Source of the DNA: Trueperaceae bacterium
Lineage (GTDB): Bacteria; Deinococcota; Deinococci; Deinococcales; Trueperaceae
DNA length: 64,000 bases
NCBI GenBank assembly: GCA_034520945.1
Contig: JAXHNB010000009.1
Location: 128,001-192,000 of the forward strand
Direction: 5' to 3'
The notes under the pieces are model-generated. The model made no database searches and was not told the origin of the DNA. It saw only the letters and a program-made list of their open reading frames with translations. Positions 57,062 through 64,000 of the stretch are shown piece by piece (the first letter of the stretch is position 1; each line of letters begins with the position of its first letter). The translations under genes were made by a program, and so were the position numbers.

Positions 57062-57889
57062 CTACCAGCGCCAGCCCATCATCGGGCTGAATCGGGGCCC
57101 GTCGCGAACGGCCACAGCCTGCACGGACAGGTCGACCGTGCGCTCGGTGGCCGGCAACGTCACCTCCAGGTGGTCGGCCTCGGCGGCGGCCTGACGCAGC
57201 TCCTCGGCGAACGCGATCGCACTGTCCACGCCCTGCGTGAAGGAGAGCGTGCGCGACGCCTCGCCGTCCTCGGCCTCGTAGACCTCCACCGTGACGGTCT
57301 GGCCGTCCTCGAGGCAGGCGAGGCAGGGAACGGCGCGCGCGCCGAAGTCGCCGCGGCCCGGCGTGACGGCGTCATCGCCACCCTCGAGGGTCACGACGCG
57401 TTCGGAGGTTTCGATGCGCGCGAACGCGGCGTCCTCCAGCGCAGCCGCCAGCTGACCCAGGAAGGTGGACTCGGAGTCGGAACCGACGCGAAGCGAGAGG
57501 GTGGCGACGGGTTCCGCGCCGTCGGCGGGATCCGCCTCGAACAGCGACACGCGCACGTCGGTGCCCAGCGGCAGCGCGCGCAGTCCGAAGGGGTTCGCCG
57601 AGAACGCCCCCTCGACCCGGTCGCGCAGCGCCATGGTGCCGGCGCCGTCGTCACGCAGCTGCTGCCGAGTCGTCTGACGCATCTCCATGCGCCCGGTCGA
57701 CGCTTCGGGGGCGTGCATGCGGAGCGCGTGGGCGCTTCGTGCCTGCATCCGCGGCACGTCGGGCTGCGCACCTCTTGGGGGCTGCGCCCAGGCCGTGGCG
57801 CCGGCGAGCAGGCCGAGGATGGCCACGGCGACCGCGAGTCGTCGCGGTGCCCGCGTGGGGGTGGGGTGAGAACGTAGGGATTCGCACAT
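57062..57889 (-). CDS. Secreted hypothetical protein with tandem duplicated domain
   Basis: AAAGGA RBS; signal peptide ending AWA-Q; two similar units of about 65 aa joined by CLAC. Confidence 0.7.
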   Translation of the reverse strand: MCESLRSHPTPTRAPRRLAVAVAILGLLAGATAWAQPPRGAQPDVPRMQARSAHALRMHAPEASTGRMEMRQTTRQQLRDDGAGTMALRDRVEGAFSANPFGLRALPLGTDVRVSLFEADPADGAEPVATLSLRVGSDSESTFLGQLAAALEDAAFARIETSERVVTLEGGDDAVTPGRGDFGARAVPCLACLEDGQTVTVEVYEAEDGEASRTLSFTQGVDSAIAFAEELRQAAAEADHLEVTLPATERTVDLSVQAVAVRDGPRFSPMMGWRW

Positions 57890-58084
57890 GATGGGTGTCC
57901 TTTCTGGCCCTCGGGAGCCTCGCGTCCACGATGCCGACCGCGTGTTGCGAACTCGTGTGCGCCCGCGCTGCGGGCGGGGCGGTCCGACCGGCCCCGCCTT
58001 CGCGAAACGCACATGATCGGGCCGTACACTCGGGGTACGAACGTGGCGGTCCAGGTACCGTCGCCGTTCCGATAGGGAGGGACC

Positions 58085-58813
58085 ATGCCGGCCGCCGAAC
58101 CCGCACCTTCGTCCCCGTCGACGCGGGGTGCGCTGGTGCTGGTGGTCGAGGACGAGTCCGTCCTGGCCGCCACCCTCGAACTGGTGCTCCGCCACGACGG
58201 GTTCAGGACCGAGCACGCCTCCGACGGGCACCGTGCCGTGGCGTTGTGGCGGGCCGCCGATCCCGACCTCGTGCTGTTGGACCTCGGCCTGCCGGGCCTG
58301 GACGGAACCGAGGTGTTGAAGGTCATGCGCCGGGACGCCACCGTGCCGGTCGTGGTCCTCACCGCCCGCGCCGAAGAGGCGGACGAACTGCACGGCCTCG
58401 GGCTCGGCGCGGACGACTACCTGGTCAAGCCCGTCAGCGCCCGCAAGCTCCTCGCCCACGTTCATGCGGTCCTGCGGCGCGCGACGCCCGCCCCGAAGGC
58501 GAGCGCGTCCGAGGTGCTGCGCGTCGGCCCCCTCCACGTCGATCCGTACCGCGTGGAGGCGCGCGTCGCCGGGACCGCCGTGCCGTTGACCCCCAGCGAA
58601 TTCCGGCTCCTGGCGCACATGGCGCGCGCGCCCGGACGCGCCCACACCCGCGACGAGCTCTACGAGGCGGCCCTCCCCGAAGGCGACGGGCTTGAGCGCG
58701 CCGTGGACGTGCACGTCGCCCACCTGCGCCGCAAGCTGCGCCGGGCCGGCACCGACGGCATGATCGAAACGGTCCGCGGCGTGGGCTATCGCCTCGGCGA
58801 GAGCCCACCGTGA
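58085..58813 (+). CDS. OmpR-family response regulator (BaeR-like)
   Basis: VVEDE, LLDLGLP, GADDYLVKP, IETVRGVGY. Confidence 0.95.
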   Translation: MPAAEPAPSSPSTRGALVLVVEDESVLAATLELVLRHDGFRTEHASDGHRAVALWRAADPDLVLLDLGLPGLDGTEVLKVMRRDATVPVVVLTARAEEADELHGLGLGADDYLVKPVSARKLLAHVHAVLRRATPAPKASASEVLRVGPLHVDPYRVEARVAGTAVPLTPSEFRLLAHMARAPGRAHTRDELYEAALPEGDGLERAVDVHVAHLRRKLRRAGTDGMIETVRGVGYRLGESPP

Positions 58814-59988
58814 AGCGGATCTGGGTGCAGCTGCTCGGCGCGATGCTGCTGGTCGCGCTGGTGTCGATGCTGGTCGTGCCGACCGCACTGACGCTGGCCG
58901 ACCGGGCCGCCTACGCCCGGCTGCCGGACGGACTGCGCGCGCGAGTGGAAGCGTTCAGCCGTCCGGCCCCGCTGATTCCACGCGGCGGTGGTCCGCGCGC
59001 CGGGATGGGCGGAGCGGCCTTTCAGGACGACGCTACGCATCTCGCCCTCCTCCTGCGCGACCAGCGCGCACTCCGGCGGAACGCCGTCGTCATCGGTGCC
59101 TTGATGGCCGTGACGATCTCCGCAGCGTTGGCGATCCTGCTGTCACGCGGGCTGGCCCGGCCGATCGAGGCGGTGTCGCGCGCCGCCGCCCGGCTGGCCG
59201 AAGGACGGTTGGACGCCCGGGCGACCCTGCCGCACCCAGGGCGCGCGCCGCACGAGGTGCGCGCCCTCGCCCGGGACTTCGACGCCATGGCGACCGCGCT
59301 GGAACGCCTCGAGCACGAACGCGAGGCCATGATCGCCGACGTCGCGCACGAACTCCGCAACCCCTTGGCGACGTTGTCCATGCGGCTGGAGGCCGCCGCC
59401 GATGGACTGGTCGCGCTGGACGACGCGGAAGTTACGACCCTGCGCGGGCAGGTGGACCTGTTGACGCGGTTGGTGAACGACCTGCGCACCCTGTCGCAGG
59501 CCGACGCCGGCCGGTTGAGCCTGACGCCCGAGGCGCTGGACCTGCGCGAACCCGTGCGCGAGGCGGCCGCCGCCTACCGGCCGTCCTCAGCTCGCGCCGG
59601 TCTGCACATGGTACTGGAGTTGCCCGATTCGCCCCTGCCTGCCGACGCCGACCGGGACCGGATCCGGCAGGTGCTTCACAACCTGCTGGAGAACGCGTTC
59701 CGCCACACGCCCGAAGGGGGCACGGTCACGCTGCGGGCGGCAGCACGAGCGGACGGCGTCGTCCGCATCTCGGTTCGAAACACCGGCAGCGGCATCCACG
59801 TCGAGCCGCCCGAGGCGATCTTCGAGCGGTTCGTGCACGAACGCCCGCGCGACCTGCAGCGGGAGGGCGGAAGCGGACTCGGGTTGGCGATCGTGCGGAC
59901 GCTGGTCACCCTGCACGGGGGGCGTGTCTTCGCCCGTGATCACGGGGATGGTGCCGAGGTCGGCTTCGAGTTGCCGGGTGGGGGGTGA
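58810..59988 (+). CDS. HAMP-HisKA sensor histidine kinase (BaeS-like)
   Basis: Two TM segments, HAMP, DVAHELRNPL, NLLENA, GSGLGL. Confidence 0.95.
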   Translation: MKRIWVQLLGAMLLVALVSMLVVPTALTLADRAAYARLPDGLRARVEAFSRPAPLIPRGGGPRAGMGGAAFQDDATHLALLLRDQRALRRNAVVIGALMAVTISAALAILLSRGLARPIEAVSRAAARLAEGRLDARATLPHPGRAPHEVRALARDFDAMATALERLEHEREAMIADVAHELRNPLATLSMRLEAAADGLVALDDAEVTTLRGQVDLLTRLVNDLRTLSQADAGRLSLTPEALDLREPVREAAAAYRPSSARAGLHMVLELPDSPLPADADRDRIRQVLHNLLENAFRHTPEGGTVTLRAAARADGVVRISVRNTGSGIHVEPPEAIFERFVHERPRDLQREGGSGLGLAIVRTLVTLHGGRVFARDHGDGAEVGFELPGGG

Positions 59989-60186
59989 GGGGCGCGTCAC
60001 GCCCATTCGGGCCGAGCAACCACCGGCACCGAGCACGTGGGATGAACGCGTGAGCCGAGGCCCCCGCGCGCAGCACACGTGTCGCCCAGCCTTGAAGCCG
60101 GCCGCGAGCGGTCCCTAGGGTGAGGTCGTTCCGTCGAACGTGAGGCATACGGCCGTGCAGTTCGGCTCCAGAGGGAGGGTTCGCCG

Positions 60187-62977
60187 ATGTGCGACCGCAC
60201 GCGTGCGACCGACCGCCGACCGACGACGCACCGAACCCGAGGCGTTATCCCGCGGCACGCTGGACCGAACGCCTCGACACGGGGCCGCCAACCGCTCACG
60301 GCCCTCGTGGCCGGGGCACTGGCCGCGACCGTGCTGGCCGCGTGCGGGACGGAGCCCACGGGCGGAGCCCCTGGGGGCGGGGACGACACCGTGCCGCTAG
60401 GTTCCGAGGAGATCGTGGAGGGCGAGGACGGCGCCACGCTCGGCGCAACCACCAACGCGGTGGACGAGCGCATCGACGTCTCGATCCGAAGCGCCGACCC
60501 TGACGCCGCCACCGACGCGCCGCTGCGGGTCGAACGGGTGGGCGACGCCTACCGGTTCTCCAGCGACGAGGCCGTGGTGACGGACACCGAGCACCCCTTC
60601 GTGGTCGGCCTGCCCTTCGAGGCCGACGCGCCACCGGAGGACCTGGCCCTCGCCATGCTGCTTCCCGGCGAGGAGGGGCACGGCGATCCCGTCCCGGACC
60701 TCGAAGATCACGGCGAGGGGGTCAGCGACGACCGCTGGGCCTTCCGGCGCGCCTTCTACGACGAAGAGCGGGGCTTGCTGTTGACCACCCTGCACTCGCT
60801 GAACGAGGAGGGACGCGTGTTTCAGGTGGTGCGGGACGAGACGTTCGAGACGCGGGAGAGCACCGTCCCCAGCAAAGCCGAGGCGTTGAACCCGAGCCAG
60901 TCCGATCCGACGTTCGAGATGCGCTGCCATCCGAGCGACTTCGACAACGTCAGTTTCTCCTGCGGCCAGTTGGACCGTGACGCTGGCGCCGCGCTCTTCG
61001 AGAAGGCCTACGACGACTTCACCTCGGTCGGGTTCACGGACAGCCCCAACCTGTACCAAGTGCCCGAGTCGGTCGCGATCGACAAGGACGCGCCGTGGGC
61101 GCAGGAAGGGGCGTACGTGATGACGCTTCGCGCCTGCAGCCAGGCGATCCAGGACGTCGGCGACCCCGGGCACTACTGGGGCTCGAACGGGCCGGGCTCC
61201 GCCTACGTGTGCTACGGATCTAACGTCAACTGGAAGAAGACGCCCGATCCGCCGCCGTCGCTGTGGGTGGAGGACATCATCCGTCACGAGACGTTCCACG
61301 GCGTGCAGAGCGAGTACCATGAACGGCCTCGGCCGCGCCTGGGTGGCAGAGGGCACCGCCAAGGCCGCCCAGGAGTCGGTGAACCTCATGCTGGTCTCCA
61401 AGCGCGGCAACGACCCGCACGACGCCGGCGCGCGCCACGCCGTCGACGAGGCCCTGACCAGCACCAACAACAACGAGCACTACAAGGCCGAGGACTTCTG
61501 GGTGTGGCTGGGCAGGCGCCTGAACCAGGCCCGGCCGGTCGGCGAGGAGAAGGGCCTCGGGTACCTGATCCCGTTCTTCGAGGAGGGCGGCGACGTCAGC
61601 GACGTGGACGCCGAGCTGAAGGAGACCTCGACCTACGGCGGCCCGGGGCTCTCGGGGCTCAGCGCCGCCTACCTCGACTGGGTCCGCAACCAGGCGTTCG
61701 AGAAGGCGATCCAACTGGGGCCCGACACGCTGGGGCAGGCGTGTGCGTACGAGGGGACCTTCGTCGACCAGTTGGTCACCTTGGACTACGATGCGGAGGA
61801 AGCACCGCCGGTCGACCACCGCTTCACCCTGGACCCGCTGAACTCCCGCGTGGTGCGGTTCGACTTCGGGTCGTTCGTGCTCGGCCCGTACGAGGCGCTG
61901 GCGAGCGTCGACGCCGACGACACCGCCGTCAAGATCAAGTTCTTCGACGATGCGGACGCCGGCACGCGGGACTGCCGCGACGGCGGCGGCACCTCCGAAG
62001 TGGGCAACCAACTGGTGCAGCACCAGGCGCGTGACGGCGAACACCGACACTACGCGCTGGTGAGCAATACCGACCTGTCGCAGAGTCACGACGCCACAGC
62101 TTCCGCGGAGGGCCTTCAGCAAGGCGTCCACGTGATCGCGCCCGGCGACGACGCCTCGTACGACGAAGGCGACCAGGTGTTCCTGGAAGCCGCGGCGACC
62201 GGCTTCAGTTCGTATGGCGACGACTTCTCGATCGAATGGAGCTACGAGAACGACGACGAAGAACGGGAGATCGTCGCCACCACGGGGCAGCGCGAAGGCG
62301 AGCGGGTCCAACTCCCTGCTTCGACGGCCCGCTCACCGTCGACGGCCACCAACGACACGCAGTCGGCCTCGACGATCGTAAGCCCCTCCTGCACGCCCAG
62401 CGAGGAGACCTTCACCTTCCACATGGACGAGACCAACAGCGGCGAGGTGTGGAGTGACGGTGAGACCCAAGACGTCAAGGTGAACCCGCTCGAGGACGGC
62501 AGTGGCATGGTTCTGGTCGGTGACACGGAGGGGGGCTTCGGCGTGCGCGGCTACCTCGACTTCGACCTTTCCACGCTGCCGAACGACCTGTCGTCGGTCC
62601 AGTCGGCCGAGATGACCGTCTTCTTCGAGGATTCGTTCGGCGACCCGTACAACGATCTCGGCACGCTGCAGGCGCTGCACGACGAGTACGGCACGCTGGA
62701 GGCCAGCGACTACCCGACCAGCACCCCCCGCCCCGGCCTGTACGACCTGGCCGACACGCCGGATCCCTTCGGCAACGTCACGGTGGACGTGACGACCGCC
62801 GTACGGGACGCGTGGGACAACCGCGAGACCATGGACGAGGACGTGCAGTTCATCCTCTACTTCGACATCGCCGACCAGCACGACGACAACGAGGACGACC
62901 TGCTCAAGATCAGCGCCTACGAGCCCGAACAGGGCGGGCCGGTCGTGCCGACGCTGGACGTGACGGTCGAGCACTGA
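60187..62977 (+). pseudogene. Large acidic lipoprotein with gluzincin-like HExxH motif, split by a frameshift near 61318 (likely sequencing error)
   Basis: Lipobox VLAAC; RHETFHGVQ in one frame followed by WVAEGTA in the next; acidic beta-rich C-terminal domains. Confidence 0.7.
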
Positions 62978-63052
62978 CGCCGAAACCCCTCAGGTGACGC
63001 CCCAACCCCCAAGCGAGTACGCTGACCCCGTACCCGCAGGAAGGAGCGCACC

Positions 63053-64000
63053 GTGGGCATCTTCAGCAGCCGCCCCAAACGAGCCGTCGTGCCACCGCAG
63101 GCGGGCTGGGACCCGGCGACCTGGGCGACCCGCGTTCCGCTGACGCACACCGAGAACTTCGCCGAGGTGTTCCGGGCGGCGTGGGAGAACCGCGACCGGG
63201 CCGGCTACGCCTGGCGGATCCTGAACGACGGCGTCTGCGACGGTTGCGCGCTGGGCACCAGCGGCCTGGAGGACTGGACGGTCGACGGGGTGCACCTGTG
63301 CAACGTGCGGCTGAGGCTGCTGCGCCTGAACACCATGCCGGCGCTCGATCCCGCGCGGCTGGCCGACGTGGCGCAGCTCCGCACGCTGCGCGCACGTGAC
63401 CTGCGTGCGTTGGGCCGTCTCCCCCACCCCATGATCCGCCGCCGGGGTGAAGCGGGCTTTCGTCGCATCGGTTGGGAGGAGGCGCTGGCACTGATCGCCG
63501 AGCGGCTCGGCGCGAGCGAGCCGGACCGGACCTTCCTCTACCTCACCAGCCGCGGCATCCCGAACGAGACGTACTACGTGGCCCAGAAGGCGATGCGCGC
63601 CCTCGGCACCAACAACGTCGACAACGCCGCGCGGGTGTGCCACTCGCCCAGCACGGTGGCGTTGAAGGCGGCGCTGGGGGTGGGGGCGACCACCTGCTCC
63701 TACACCGACCTGATCGGCACCGACCTGATCACCTTCCTCGGCTCCAACGTCGCCAAGAACCAACCGGTGGTGATGAAGTACCTCTACCACGCCAAGAAGG
63801 CCGGCACGAAGGTGGTCACCATCAACCCCTACCGCGAACCCGGCATGGACGCCTACTGGGTGCCGTCCGACGTCGAGAGCGCCCTGTTCGGCACCAAGAT
63901 CACCGACCGGTTCGTGCAGGTCGCACCCGGCGGCGACCGGGCATTCCTGCACGGCACCCTCAAGGCCCTCATCACCGCCGGCGGGGTCGACGAGGCGTTC
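63053..64000 (+). CDS. FdhF/YdeP-family molybdopterin oxidoreductase, 5' part (runs off the window)
   Basis: AAGGAG RBS then GTG; manual translation gives GVCDGCALG...[23 protein letters not shown]; no stop before the window end. Confidence 0.88.
   Translation, partial: MGIFSSRPKRAVVPPQAGWDPATWATRVPLTHTENFAEVFRAAWENRDRAGYAWRILNDGVCDGCALGTSGLEDWTVDGVHLCNVRLRLLRLNTMPALDPARLADVAQLRTLRARDLRALGRLPHPMIRRRGEAGFRRIGWEEALALIAERLGASEPDRTFLYLTSRGIPNETYYVAQKAMRALGTNNVDNAARVCHSPSTVALKAALGVGATTCSYTDLIGTDLITFLGSNVAKNQPVVMKYLYHAKKAGTKVVTINPYREPGMDAYWVPSDVESALFGTKITDRFVQVAPGGDRAFLHGTLKALITAGGVDEAF

Noticed and set aside
63053..64000. Selenocysteine formate dehydrogenase
   Set aside because: The active-site codon is TGC (RVCH) and there is no in-frame TGA in the visible part

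Overview
High-GC bacterial chromosomal segment with about 60 CDSs. It is probably Deinococcota (Trueperaceae-like); this is an inference from pervasive TANNNT-6/7nt-ATG leaderless starts and a Thermus-type ICDH. ProVWX and very acidic exported proteins suggest salt adaptation. Main content: (1) an arsenic locus, with arsR-arsP-thioredoxin convergent on a respiratory arsenate reductase operon in the unusual order arrB(own Tat leader)-arrD-arrC-arrA; (2) a yodT/S/R/Q-like aminotransferase, CoA-transferase and deacylase operon plus a thiolase, matching the chemistry of N6-acetyl-beta-lysine catabolism; (3) a Mn/Zn cluster (MntR, ZIP, TroABCD with wHTH-fused permeases); (4) a fluoride riboswitch-crcB unit; (5) a persulfide dioxygenase/rhodanese gene with a CsoR/CstR-type operator; (6) an Rrf2-Crp-ferredoxin module preceded by a candidate CU-rich sRNA; (7) c-di-GMP enzymes, an rve-type IS with paired subterminal repeats, a BaeRS-like two-component system, a large acidic zinc-peptidase lipoprotein and a partial FdhF/YdeP gene. 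Several single-base frameshifts suggest residual sequencing indel errors. No rRNA, tRNA or CRISPR array was seen. All calls come from motif reading; no database searches were run.
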